Shown here: piece after piece, positions 1 to 8,654 of the stretch | How the letters are laid out: every line of letters begins with the position of its first letter | Numbering within the stretch: position 1 is the first letter of the stretch | Source of the DNA: an uncultured virus (IMG/VR IMGVR_UViG_3300047552_001239) | Lineage: Duplodnaviria; Heunggongvirae; Uroviricota; Caudoviricetes | Length of the DNA stretch: 20,000 bases | Reading direction: 5' to 3' (one strand) | IMG/VR virus record: IMGVR_UViG_3300047552_001239 | Translations under genes and position numbers: made by a program | Notes under the pieces: generated by a model | Seen by the model: only the letters and a program-made list of their open reading frames with translations | Told to the model about the DNA's origin: nothing | Databases searched by the model: none

Positions 1-219
1 TGTTTTATTGGTTGAATCGTATGTTACTATTCCATTCCCATCTGGAGAACCAGGAGCATCAATTAATGTAATTCCACTGATGCTATTAGATTGCCATGAT
101 AATGTTTTTGAATAAAGTGGGGTATTTGATTTAACTCCACCTAAACTAGAATTCGGAACTGTATTATCGGCCCCACCACTAAGATATAATTCTAAATACG
201 CAAGATTATTATCTACCAT
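1..219 (-). CDS. Putative phage structural protein, N-terminal part (continues beyond window start)
   Basis: Manual translation from ATG at 219: MVDNNLAYLELYLSGGADNTVPNSSLGGVKSN..., open to base 1. The LSGGxxNxxPNxSLGG motif resembles virion proteins. Not in the ORF track because it is truncated. Confidence 0.7.
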   Translation of the reverse strand, partial: MVDNNLAYLELYLSGGADNTVPNSSLGGVKSNTPLYSKTLSWQSNSISGITLIDAPGSPDGNGIVTYDSTNKT

Positions 220-237
220 GTTATTAAACCAATTTTA

Positions 238-966
238 TTAAACATTATAACGTTTTCTATGAACATTAAATTGCTGTTGAACTTGGGAAATTGTATGCTC
301 GATATTGTATATTTGACACATTGACATTGATCCATTAAAAAAATTGGATCCACTCCAATATCTTCCAAATGTTGTCATATTCCCAATATTCCAATTAACC
401 GCAGGTACATAACTATAATTTAAAACTCCATTTACATAAATATTTAAAGTCCCTCTTATTGCATTTGAAATTGTATAAGCTATATGTACCCATTCTCCAG
501 TATTTACACTTGTTCCATTACTAGTTGCAGTATACCAACCGGACGTATACCACATTAATTTAAGTTTACCACCGACTATTCCAAATGCCATAGTAGCAGG
601 ACCACCACTCCAATCACCAAAGAAATAGTTATCAGTAACTGAATTAAACTTTAACCAAAAATATGATGACCAATTATAAGTAGGAATTGCAATTGGATTG
701 TATACATTAGCTCCTTTATTTAGTCTAATTTCATCATTCGATCCATCAAATGAAAAATATCCAAAATTATTAGTACTAAATGTAGGACCGGTAATTGTAC
801 CTGTAACTGTACTGACTAGATCGTCGAGTGTAGAACCAGATCCAGGATAACTTAAATATCTAGCAGCATCAAATGCGAATATTAAATTATTAGATAATAA
901 TCCACTACGAGAATTAGAATCATTTAAATTGATCCAATTATCTGATACTCCTATACACTGTCCCAT
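238..966 (-). CDS. LamG/concanavalin A-like domain virion protein
   Basis: 242 aa with DAARYLSYPGSG, FSFDGSND, WVHIAYT, IYVNG and FFNGSMSMCQIYN...VQQQFN motifs typical of phage LamG-like proteins. Confidence 0.85.
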   Translation of the reverse strand: MGQCIGVSDNWINLNDSNSRSGLLSNNLIFAFDAARYLSYPGSGSTLDDLVSTVTGTITGPTFSTNNFGYFSFDGSNDEIRLNKGANVYNPIAIPTYNWSSYFWLKFNSVTDNYFFGDWSGGPATMAFGIVGGKLKLMWYTSGWYTATSNGTSVNTGEWVHIAYTISNAIRGTLNIYVNGVLNYSYVPAVNWNIGNMTTFGRYWSGSNFFNGSMSMCQIYNIEHTISQVQQQFNVHRKRYNV

Positions 967-981
967 ATCATTAAACCAATT

Positions 982-1404
982 TTATAATAATTTAAGAACA
1001 CCTTTTGTTAAATTCCAATTAATTTTTATATCCCCACCATTCGTACCTATAGCATATCCTCTATTTATTACAGCTAATAGTGGTGACTCAACATCATTAG
1101 GTGGACCATCTATATTAGTAACATCTAAATCTTTAAATAATATAAGACAAGAAATTGTTTGATTTGGAAGTATTGAATTAAATGTTAAAGAATCAGCAAA
1201 AAGTATTGAGTTAGAATAATCTCTATTAGTTAAACTTTTAATTGGTTGATTACCCAATAATATCCATGGTGAAATATCACCATAAAATTCATCTTGGTTA
1301 ATACTTAAATTATAGAAATTATTTATCAATGCAACTTTAATATTATCTTCTAACCAATTAATTTCAGCTTTAACTATTCTTAATTTGGCTTTAGTATATA
1401 TCAT
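982..1404 (-). CDS. Putative phage structural/minor tail protein
   Basis: INWLEDNIKVAL...Y and TNGGDIKINW motifs resemble a widespread small virion protein family. Start placed at ATG 1404, which overlaps the upstream TGA (ATGA), rather than at 1419. Confidence 0.65.
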   Translation of the reverse strand: MIYTKAKLRIVKAEINWLEDNIKVALINNFYNLSINQDEFYGDISPWILLGNQPIKSLTNRDYSNSILFADSLTFNSILPNQTISCLILFKDLDVTNIDGPPNDVESPLLAVINRGYAIGTNGGDIKINWNLTKGVLKLL

Positions 1405-2621
1405 TTTATTAAAATCCAATTATCATTATATACTTGTCGCTCAATAATAGGATAAATAAAATTTTCATCTTCTCCAAATATTGAAATAATTCCTCTATTA
1501 AGTTCCGTTAAAGGAATTAAATTTGTAACTATATTATTTAATTTAGTACTAATTTTATATTCTATATTTTCAGATAGGGTTATCTCATTATCAAAATAAA
1601 TTGATATAAACCCTGCTGTAATAATTGGAATATATTTAAACTTTACACCTAATAATAAATCTTCATAATAATGATGTAACTTAACAGATATATTGGTTAC
1701 TGTATTATTTAATGGTTTATAAAATTTAATACCTTTTAAAACTAAATCATAATTTGGAATAAAAATTAAACTTATTTCTTTTAAAATACCATCATTATTT
1801 ATATCTGGTATAGTATTTTCACTAGGTAATACATTATAATTTTGTATTGTTAACGGAGAAATATTAATAGAAGAAATAGAGGATTCAAAAAGTTTACCAT
1901 GAAATCTAACTATATCATATTTATTATAATTAACAGAATAATCCCATTCTCCTTTATAGAAACTTTTAGATTTTAATGATTCTAACCATTCTTGTTCTGT
2001 ACCAGAAAATCCATTTTGTATAGCTACGTCATAAGCAGATAATCCAGTTATAGGATTAGATATATCATCAGGATCAATCCAAATAGAATGATCTGGAGGA
2101 TTTAATGGTTCATTAGTTTGAACATATACTGGAACATTTAAAACTCTTAATGATTCTAACCATTCTTGTTCTGTACCAGAAAATCCATTTTGTATAGCTA
2201 TCTGATAAGCAGATAATCCACTAGGACCTAAACCACCCGCAGTACCATTACTACCGGCTGGACCAACAGGACCAATTGGACCAGGATCTCCTTTTGGACC
2301 TTCTAATAATTTTTCAAATTCTGTTAATTCATCTGTTGGATTTACTTTTATTTTTGTTATTACAGATAATACTGCATGACAATCAGCATCTATAATAATA
2401 TTATCATTTAATAATAAAAAATCTCCACCAGAATGGGCTCCATAATAATCATCCGAACGTAATTGCTGAACTTTTATGCTAATATTAACTGTTATAGTTT
2501 TACCGTTAGCTACGCAAATATCATTAATACCTGGAACTTTATATTCACCTGTTCCATTTATTTTAGTATTCCAAATATTTTCTGTCCAATTGTTATTAGA
2601 TTGAGCAAATAAAATTGCCAT
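1401..2621 (-). CDS. Collagen-repeat mosaic fibre/structural protein
   Basis: Gly-X-Y run (GPKGDPGPIGPVGPAGSNGTAGGLGPSG), two GLSAY(Q/D)(I/V)AIQNGFSGTEQEWLESL repeats, a YKGEW...Y..YDIV carbohydrate-binding-like motif, and a C-terminal region resembling DUF4082 (GIKFYKP). Confidence 0.8.
   Translation of the reverse strand: MAILFAQSNNNWTENIWNTKINGTGEYKVPGINDICVANGKTITVNISIKVQQLRSDDYYGAHSGGDFLLLNDNIIIDADCHAVLSVITKIKVNPTDELTEFEKLLEGPKGDPGPIGPVGPAGSNGTAGGLGPSGLSAYQIAIQNGFSGTEQEWLESLRVLNVPVYVQTNEPLNPPDHSIWIDPDDISNPITGLSAYDVAIQNGFSGTEQEWLESLKSKSFYKGEWDYSVNYNKYDIVRFHGKLFESSISSINISPLTIQNYNVLPSENTIPDINNDGILKEISLIFIPNYDLVLKGIKFYKPLNNTVTNISVKLHHYYEDLLLGVKFKYIPIITAGFISIYFDNEITLSENIEYKISTKLNNIVTNLIPLTELNRGIISIFGEDENFIYPIIERQVYNDNWILIK
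1973..2220. repeat. 74-bp direct repeat, two copies (1973-2046 and 2147-2220)
   Basis: Copies differ at only 3 of 74 positions (cgtc vs tctg) and encode the GLSAY..WLESL peptide repeat. Confidence 0.95.
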
Positions 2622-2624
2622 TTG

Positions 2625-3041
2625 TTAAATACCTTTGGCAAAAATATATTCTATTTTTATATCTCGTAATGATGTAGATGGAATTAAATTTCCATTTAAA
2701 TCTAAATTATAAGTACCATTTGCAATATCAATATTAATTGGATCTAAATCATTCATATAACAAAATTGTTTTGTTTTTATTATTAAAATTGTAGATATTT
2801 TTATTAAAAATAAATCATCACTGATAATTTCTATATAATTAACATCTTTAGCAAATGGAATAAAAGCATCTGTTTCTTTTGATATTATTAAAATACTATT
2901 ATGATATTCTTTTGGATTAGTTAAAATAATATTACTTTCTAATAATAAATCTTTTGTATTATTTTTCTCATATGTTGGATATGGAGGAAAAGCAGTATAA
3001 TTAATATATTTTATTTTAGTTTCTTTAATTATCTGTTGCAT
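2625..3041 (-). CDS. Hypothetical protein (structural module)
   Basis: 138-aa ORF tightly packed between neighbours. Confidence 0.7.
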   Translation of the reverse strand: MQQIIKETKIKYINYTAFPPYPTYEKNNTKDLLLESNIILTNPKEYHNSILIISKETDAFIPFAKDVNYIEIISDDLFLIKISTILIIKTKQFCYMNDLDPINIDIANGTYNLDLNGNLIPSTSLRDIKIEYIFAKGI

Positions 3042-3452
3042 TTATGTTTTAATTAATTTTGGAATATTACTTATTATTTTTTGTCCAGTAGGTATTAATG
3101 CAGATGAATTAGCATTAATAACAGGATTATTAATTGGATTATATTTATCATATGCTCCTTTAATAAGAGCATTAGTTCCCATAGATACAGCACCCAATCC
3201 ACCCAATCCTAATGCAATTTTACCTACATCCGCCCCTATAGATTGATTATTTTTTCTCGTTAATAATTGTCTATTTCTTTGTAAATTAACGGCGGTTCTT
3301 AATTTAGTTAAATGATTATATGCACTATCTGATAAAGCAGAAGCAGTATGTCTAGTTTTAGCAAGTGGATTTAAAGAACGGACTAATCCTTTCCCAACAT
3401 CTACTAAAGCAGAAACTTCTATTATTAAACTATCAATCTCGTTTAGTAACAT
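3042..3452 (-). CDS. Hypothetical protein with glycine-rich hydrophobic segment; possible internal head/ejection protein
   Basis: 136 aa, IALGLGGLGAVSMG segment, N-terminal MLLNEIDSLIIE leader. Confidence 0.65.
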   Translation of the reverse strand: MLLNEIDSLIIEVSALVDVGKGLVRSLNPLAKTRHTASALSDSAYNHLTKLRTAVNLQRNRQLLTRKNNQSIGADVGKIALGLGGLGAVSMGTNALIKGAYDKYNPINNPVINANSSALIPTGQKIISNIPKLIKT

Positions 3453-3630
3453 TGTGTTTTATTATTCCCTGATTTGGAAATTCATCTTTTGGCTTATCAT
3501 ATTCTTGATAAGGAATATCTTTTGATATTTTTGTTTCTTTAAAATCCTGATGGGGTTCTACTGCTTCTTTCCAAACCGATAATACATCTTCAGTTTCTGT
3601 AATTAATTTAGTTATATCATCAATAATCAT
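3433..3630 (-). CDS. Hypothetical protein
   Basis: 65 aa, N-terminal MIIDDITKLITE leader similar to neighbours. Confidence 0.6.
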   Translation of the reverse strand: MIIDDITKLITETEDVLSVWKEAVEPHQDFKETKISKDIPYQEYDKPKDEFPNQGIIKHNVTKRD

Positions 3631-3633
3631 ATA

Positions 3634-3834
3634 TTAATACCTTTCGAATCTATTATGAATATAAACTTGCGTTCCTGTTGCTTCTACTGAATACCCCTTA
3701 GAAAGTGCTTCTTTTGTAAAATTTTTAGTAGAAGTTATATGTTCAAATAAAACCATCAAATCGTTACAAATTGAACGCCTAATACCCTTGTAATCTTCAC
3801 ATATCTTTCTTAAAACTGGATCATCTATTAACAC
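3634..3834 (-). CDS. Hypothetical protein
   Basis: 66 aa, GTG start, packed in operon. Confidence 0.55.
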   Translation of the reverse strand: MLIDDPVLRKICEDYKGIRRSICNDLMVLFEHITSTKNFTKEALSKGYSVEATGTQVYIHNRFERY

Positions 3835-3851
3835 TGTATATAAATTAAAGT

Positions 3852-3890
3852 AAAAAAGGAACTAGTTATAATTTAAACTAGTTCCTTTAT
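3852..3890 (-). terminator. Intrinsic terminator (possibly bidirectional)
   Basis: 13-bp stem aaaggaactagtt (3855-3867) / aactagttccttt (3876-3888) with an A-tract on the left (U-tract on minus), directly downstream of the 3907-4386 gene. Confidence 0.85.
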
Positions 3891-3906
3891 ATTTTATTTT
3901 ATTTTA

Positions 3907-4386
3907 TTATACCAGAGGATCAACTGGAGGTTCTTCAGTAGGAACTGGTTCAACTGGAGGTTCCTCTACTGGTGGTTCCTCAGTAGGAACTGGTTCAACT
4001 GGAGGTTCCTCAACTGGTGGTTCCTCAACTGGTGGTTCAACTGGTGGTTCATCAACTGGAACTGGAATCGGTTCAACCGGAGTAATAATATCAGGAACAA
4101 TACCATCTAAAGATTGAGCAACGGTCTTCAATTCTTCAATAGCGGCTAATGCTTCAGCAGGAACATCTCCGGCAGAAACTAATGCCCCTTCTAAAACTTG
4201 AATCCGATCATATAACTCAACCTGCTTAGAAACAATCTCATCCTGAGCTTTTTTCAATTCAACAACCGCACCATTGATAATTGATGTTAATTCTGAAACT
4301 TTCATATCTACATACCTCTTTAATTTACGAAATTGTTCTTTTTCATAATTGAATATGACAATCTTACTTATATTTACCGAAGTCAA
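3907..4386 (-). CDS. Coiled-coil protein with Pro/Glu-rich repetitive C-terminal tail
   Basis: Helical core (ELKKAQDEI...ALAAIEELKTVAQSLDGIVPD) followed by EEPPVEP repeats. Two plausible starts: TTG 4386 (AAGGAGG) and ATG 4305 (GAGGT). Confidence 0.8.
   Translation of the reverse strand: MTSVNISKIVIFNYEKEQFRKLKRYVDMKVSELTSIINGAVVELKKAQDEIVSKQVELYDRIQVLEGALVSAGDVPAEALAAIEELKTVAQSLDGIVPDIITPVEPIPVPVDEPPVEPPVEEPPVEEPPVEPVPTEEPPVEEPPVEPVPTEEPPVDPLV
3913..4080. repeat. Coding tandem repeats (EEPPV/EPVPT)
   Basis: Repeated ggttcctcaactgg-like units. A 38-bp near-identical pair at 3929-3966 and 3974-4011 (45-bp period). Confidence 0.9.
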
Positions 4387-4418
4387 TAATTGTTTCCTCC
4401 TTTATTGATTTATTAATA

Positions 4419-4439
4419 TTATATAGATATTATATAATG
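4419..4439 (+). promoter_or_regulatory. Phage promoter-like motif TTATATAGATATTATATAATG
   Basis: Identical 21-mer also at 17853-17873 on minus. Contains TATAAT and lies upstream of RBS GAGGAG and ATG 4463. Confidence 0.75.
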
Positions 4440-4462
4440 TTTAAGATTGAGGAGATTTTTTT

Positions 4463-4906
4463 ATGTATTATGTAAAATGTTCTGAGTGTAACCAAAAAAC
4501 ATCGTTCCGAGGAACGGAGCGTGATTCTATTAATGGGTATAGTATATGTCTGAAATGTTCTTCTGTTGTTAACATTGTTAACGGTAAAAAAATAAATGAA
4601 GAAGAATGGGACAATTTACTCCCAGAACAAAAGGCCGCATTAGATAACTTCAAATCTTTTTTCTCAGAGCAATCTTTAAAAAAAAGAACTGAAGAATTAA
4701 GCCATTTAGTGATGAAACATCACCAAATGTTCAATGATAATTTTGAAGCAGCCCCTATCAAAAGTATCATTGAGAATATGGTAGTATTCTATCTTATGAT
4801 GGAACATCTTATGATGGAACCAGAAAAGAATACATTTATTAAAGTAATAGCTGGATTAGAAGTTTTGCAAACCATTCAAGAATCAATAGGACAAACAAAA
4901 AACTAA
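4463..4906 (+). CDS. Zn-ribbon protein, paralog 1
   Basis: CSEC...CLKC followed by KINEEEWDNL; strong RBS GAGGAG. Confidence 0.8.
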   Translation: MYYVKCSECNQKTSFRGTERDSINGYSICLKCSSVVNIVNGKKINEEEWDNLLPEQKAALDNFKSFFSEQSLKKRTEELSHLVMKHHQMFNDNFEAAPIKSIIENMVVFYLMMEHLMMEPEKNTFIKVIAGLEVLQTIQESIGQTKN

Positions 4907-5346
4907 TGACTATTATAACATGTTCATGCGGAACTAAAACGTCATATACGGTAGATGACATTATTGATGGATATGGTATTTGTGTAAAATGCCAATCCAT
5001 TAATAATGTAAATACAAATCAAAAGATATCAGACGAAGAATGGTTAGATCTAGATGTTGAATCTAGAAGTAAAATCAAAAGATTATTGGAAATATTCGAT
5101 GCATCTAAACGAAATGAAGAAATTCATAAGATAAAAGATCGGGCTTTAGAATATTTTGAATTATTTCAAAATGATTTTCTAAATTCTCCTGTCGAATTAA
5201 TTATGTCAAAATTAATAACATACTTCTATACTCATAAAGAAGAAATGAGTAAAAGCTATGAACACACTTTCATGATGACAATAGGAGCATTATTATTTTT
5301 AGAATCAATTCGAAAAAAAATGAATGATGAAGATAGAACTGATTAA
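4906..5346 (+). CDS. Zn-ribbon protein, paralog 2
   Basis: CSC...CVKC followed by KISDEEWLDL; TAATG coupling to paralog 1. Confidence 0.8.
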   Translation: MTIITCSCGTKTSYTVDDIIDGYGICVKCQSINNVNTNQKISDEEWLDLDVESRSKIKRLLEIFDASKRNEEIHKIKDRALEYFELFQNDFLNSPVELIMSKLITYFYTHKEEMSKSYEHTFMMTIGALLFLESIRKKMNDEDRTD

Positions 5347-5893
5347 TAAATTATTTCCTTATCTTTCTAAATATTACAATGAAGATTCAATATTAGATCA
5401 AATTGAAAAACGAGAAATCATTAGTTTTTCTCAATGTTTTATTATAACTGAAAAAATAATTTCTGCTATAATAAAAATCAATACTGAGGAGATCCAATAT
5501 ATAGATAACCCTTCTTTAAAACTTCAAAGATTAGCTATTAAAACTACTCCAGATTCTTTTCAATATTTTAGTAATAAATCTAGTTATGAAATAAAAAAAT
5601 TAGCTATTGTAGAATCGCCTTCTAATTTAAAGTATATTAAAAATCCAAGTCAAATTTTATGTCGTTTAGCAGTTTCGACTGGAGCATTTGCTATACAATA
5701 TATTGAAAACCCATCTATTGAATTACAACGATTGGCTGTTAGAAAACATCAAGTTATGATTCAATATATTAAAAATCCAGACTTTGAAATAATAATCGAT
5801 TGTATTAGGAGAGATAAAGGAATTATAAAGTTTATCAATTTATTAAATTTAACGGCAGAACAACTTGAAACCTTAAAGTTATTATCAATATGA
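5324..5893 (+). CDS. DUF4116-like helical repeat protein
   Basis: About five ~22-aa repeats of the type IQYI(D/E/K)NPSxxLQRLA(V/I). Confidence 0.7.
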   Translation: MMKIELINKLFPYLSKYYNEDSILDQIEKREIISFSQCFIITEKIISAIIKINTEEIQYIDNPSLKLQRLAIKTTPDSFQYFSNKSSYEIKKLAIVESPSNLKYIKNPSQILCRLAVSTGAFAIQYIENPSIELQRLAVRKHQVMIQYIKNPDFEIIIDCIRRDKGIIKFINLLNLTAEQLETLKLLSI

Positions 5894-6408
5894 ACAATAT
5901 CACCTGTCCTAAATGTAATTCGCCTATAAATTATAAAGAAAATGAAACCATACAAAATTTATATGTATGTATTTCATGTAAAGCAGTTATTAATGTAGTA
6001 GATAAAGAGGAGGTATCGGATAATGAATGGTTATATCTTAGCTCGAAAGAACGAGATGAGATCAATCATTTATTAAATTTGGTAGATGAAAAGAAATCAA
6101 TAGAAATGATCGATGAAATTCATAGGGATATAATTACCTTCAAAGAATTAATAGGATCTGATATTGATGGCGTTCCAATTACAGACATGCAAATTGATTT
6201 CTTCAAGTTTTATCTTTTAAACACATTGAAATTCTCAGAAAGAGAACACCTTTTATTCCGTTCGATTTTGGGCTTGATGGAATTTTTTAAGGATCTTAAA
6301 GAAACTCATCAAAAAATAAAAGAAATATTGGCGAAAGATAAAAATAAAGAATTAGATATCGTCGATATGATAAAAAATAAATACATATCTGATAAAAAAA
6401 TACATTAA
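5890..6408 (+). CDS. Zn-ribbon protein, paralog 3
   Basis: CPKC...CISC followed by EVSDNEWLYL; ATGA coupling. Confidence 0.8.
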   Translation: MNNITCPKCNSPINYKENETIQNLYVCISCKAVINVVDKEEVSDNEWLYLSSKERDEINHLLNLVDEKKSIEMIDEIHRDIITFKELIGSDIDGVPITDMQIDFFKFYLLNTLKFSEREHLLFRSILGLMEFFKDLKETHQKIKEILAKDKNKELDIVDMIKNKYISDKKIH

Positions 6409-6416
6409 TAATAGAA

Positions 6417-6452
6417 AAATAGGTACTATATAATAAAATATAGTACCTATTT
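6417..6452. terminator. Bidirectional terminator between convergent genes
   Basis: Perfect 15-bp stem aaataggtactatat / atatagtacctattt with a 6-nt loop. Confidence 0.85.
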
Positions 6453-6457
6453 AAATT

Positions 6458-6742
6458 TTATTTATTATATATTATTTCTAGTTCTTTTGATATAAGATAT
6501 AATCGATGATCGTCAAATTCTTCTAAATAACCATGCATCAGAGTATCTCTTTTACTATCTCTTAATACCTTTAGGCGTCTTAAAATAAAATAAAAATCTT
6601 TATTATAGAATTCTCGTTTTAAAACGCCTGAGGATATATGACATATATTACAATATGATGCAATTTCAGAAGAATAAGAAGAAGAATAAAATAAATTCGG
6701 AACAAACAAAATTAGAAATCTGGTTTGTTTAATCCATGACAT
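6458..6742 (-). CDS. Hypothetical protein
   Basis: 94 aa, abuts the stop codon of the upstream gene. Confidence 0.55.
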   Translation of the reverse strand: MSWIKQTRFLILFVPNLFYSSSYSSEIASYCNICHISSGVLKREFYNKDFYFILRRLKVLRDSKRDTLMHGYLEEFDDHRLYLISKELEIIYNK

Positions 6743-7087
6743 TTAAGCAAATGTTGAAAATTTTCTATCTTCTATTCGGGTTTGTTCATCACCATTATCA
6801 TCCAAATATGTTATTTCTCTTGGAGGATAAATACGATCATAAATTACTTTCTTATCAGGATTATTAAATATTTCACTAAATGTTCCTAATATCTCCAAGT
6901 TTTCTAATTGTTGTATTTTATTTAGATCATATACATCTACTCTAATTAAAGATAATGTTTCATTATCCTTTCGAATAGTTGGAGATTTTTCAATAATAAA
7001 TCGACCAGAATCTTCTCTATCTGGAAATTTTTCTTTTACTTCAGCTAATAAAGCCGCAGTATCTGCACAGTATGTTACTAAATCCAT
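6743..7087 (-). CDS. Small protein downstream of fibre genes; possible fibre assembly/accessory protein
   Basis: 114 aa (LEILG..IF..PDKK.IYDRIYP). Position after the fibre cluster is the main support. Confidence 0.6.
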   Translation of the reverse strand: MDLVTYCADTAALLAEVKEKFPDREDSGRFIIEKSPTIRKDNETLSLIRVDVYDLNKIQQLENLEILGTFSEIFNNPDKKVIYDRIYPPREITYLDDNGDEQTRIEDRKFSTFA

Positions 7088-7096
7088 ATTTAGACC

Positions 7097-8650
7097 TTAT
7101 AGTAATATAATATCTTCTTGATTTAATGCTCGTTTAAAAATTCTAAAACTAGAAATATGACCATTTAAAAATCCAGATGATATATTTCTACTAATATCTT
7201 CACCTTTATTACTGGATACACTTCCATGATGTCCAATATTAATATGAGTAGGGATTCCAGAATATGCTGGAACTGTAACATTTGTTTCTAATTTAATATC
7301 GCCATTTAAATAAGTCGATTGTACGTTAGAATCAAAAACAAAAGCAGCAGATAATGTATTATTAAATAAAGCTTCGGTTTCAGTTGTTTGATCTAATGGA
7401 CCAACATAAGAAGCCCAATCTCTATTATAATATGAAATTATATTCCCATCTTTTAATACAGATCCTAATTGATAATTAAATCCAGCTAATGAAAATAACC
7501 ATCTATAATCCATTCGTGTTAAATATGCATAATTATGAGATGTATTTAAAACGGTGGGATCATATTCTGTTAATTTAGTAGATGCAAAATGATATCTACC
7601 TAATAAATTAAAATTAACAATATAAGTAGTTTGCCCCTTATATGGGAATGGTACATTTAAATCAGCATTAGATATCCAACAATAATCTGCGTATCTTATT
7701 GGAGGAGAAGAAAAATTATTAGAATAAATATATGAAGTTGGATATGGCATTGGTTCTAATTGAGCACCCCAAACATATACCCCGGCTGTTGTACTGCCAG
7801 CATAACTCCAATTATCAATACTATCTGTAAAACCTAAAACTACTTTAAAATCACCAGAATCTGCACCAGTATAGAATGTTAATGAAATCCTATACCAAGA
7901 ATATTCATCAAATTCAAATTCCCCAACCCGAGAAATTTTTTTAATAGAACAATAAGGAGTAGAACCGGTATTTAAAAAGAAAGATGGTAAATCTGGAAAG
8001 GTAGAAGTATCAAAATTTTGAGAAAATGATAATATAGTACCTGCTTCCAAATCATAAACTACAGTTGCTCTATTTTGATTTGAACTATCTAAATATCTCA
8101 ATCTAACATATTTTCGTTCTGCTGCTCTTATAAAAGTACTGAATGTTAATACTTTATTTCTCGAAGGAGTTGAAGTAGAACCTAATGATTGGATTGGAAA
8201 AATTTGAGAATTAGCAACAAAATTTATATAATGTTCAGAAGTTGTATTTGTTTCCGTTATTTTTTGTACAGTAGATGTATTATCGGGTGCTACTAATCCA
8301 ACACTAGCCTGAATTAAAGCATTTACCCCTGTTCCAGTAAAATCTTCTGATTTTTTAATATAATTTAAAGATTGACTTTCAATCAACAATCCTTCTGATT
8401 CAATTTTAGGTTGATTCTTAACTGCTTTCTTTAAAATACCATCAATTCCAATATATGTCGAAACAGAATCTCGTTGAAAGTTAACTGTGCCGTTACCTCT
8501 AACAAATTCTATATCTCCACCAATAAAATTAACATCTAAATCTGAAATTGATGCTTTTGTTAATTGATCGAGATTTAATTGTTCAGCAGCTAAAACAGGA
8601 TCTGAATATATTTCTACTAATTTTTTAAGGGAAAGAATATTTTTACTCAT
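7097..8650 (-). CDS. Phage spike/fibre protein with LamG-like C-terminus, paralog 4
   Basis: FQRDSVSTY, GLLIESQSLN, WYRISLTF, WGAQLE...TSYI, NGHISSFRIF motifs. Confidence 0.8.
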   Translation of the reverse strand: MSKNILSLKKLVEIYSDPVLAAEQLNLDQLTKASISDLDVNFIGGDIEFVRGNGTVNFQRDSVSTYIGIDGILKKAVKNQPKIESEGLLIESQSLNYIKKSEDFTGTGVNALIQASVGLVAPDNTSTVQKITETNTTSEHYINFVANSQIFPIQSLGSTSTPSRNKVLTFSTFIRAAERKYVRLRYLDSSNQNRATVVYDLEAGTILSFSQNFDTSTFPDLPSFFLNTGSTPYCSIKKISRVGEFEFDEYSWYRISLTFYTGADSGDFKVVLGFTDSIDNWSYAGSTTAGVYVWGAQLEPMPYPTSYIYSNNFSSPPIRYADYCWISNADLNVPFPYKGQTTYIVNFNLLGRYHFASTKLTEYDPTVLNTSHNYAYLTRMDYRWLFSLAGFNYQLGSVLKDGNIISYYNRDWASYVGPLDQTTETEALFNNTLSAAFVFDSNVQSTYLNGDIKLETNVTVPAYSGIPTHINIGHHGSVSSNKGEDISRNISSGFLNGHISSFRIFKRALNQEDIILL

Positions 8651-8654
8651 AATA

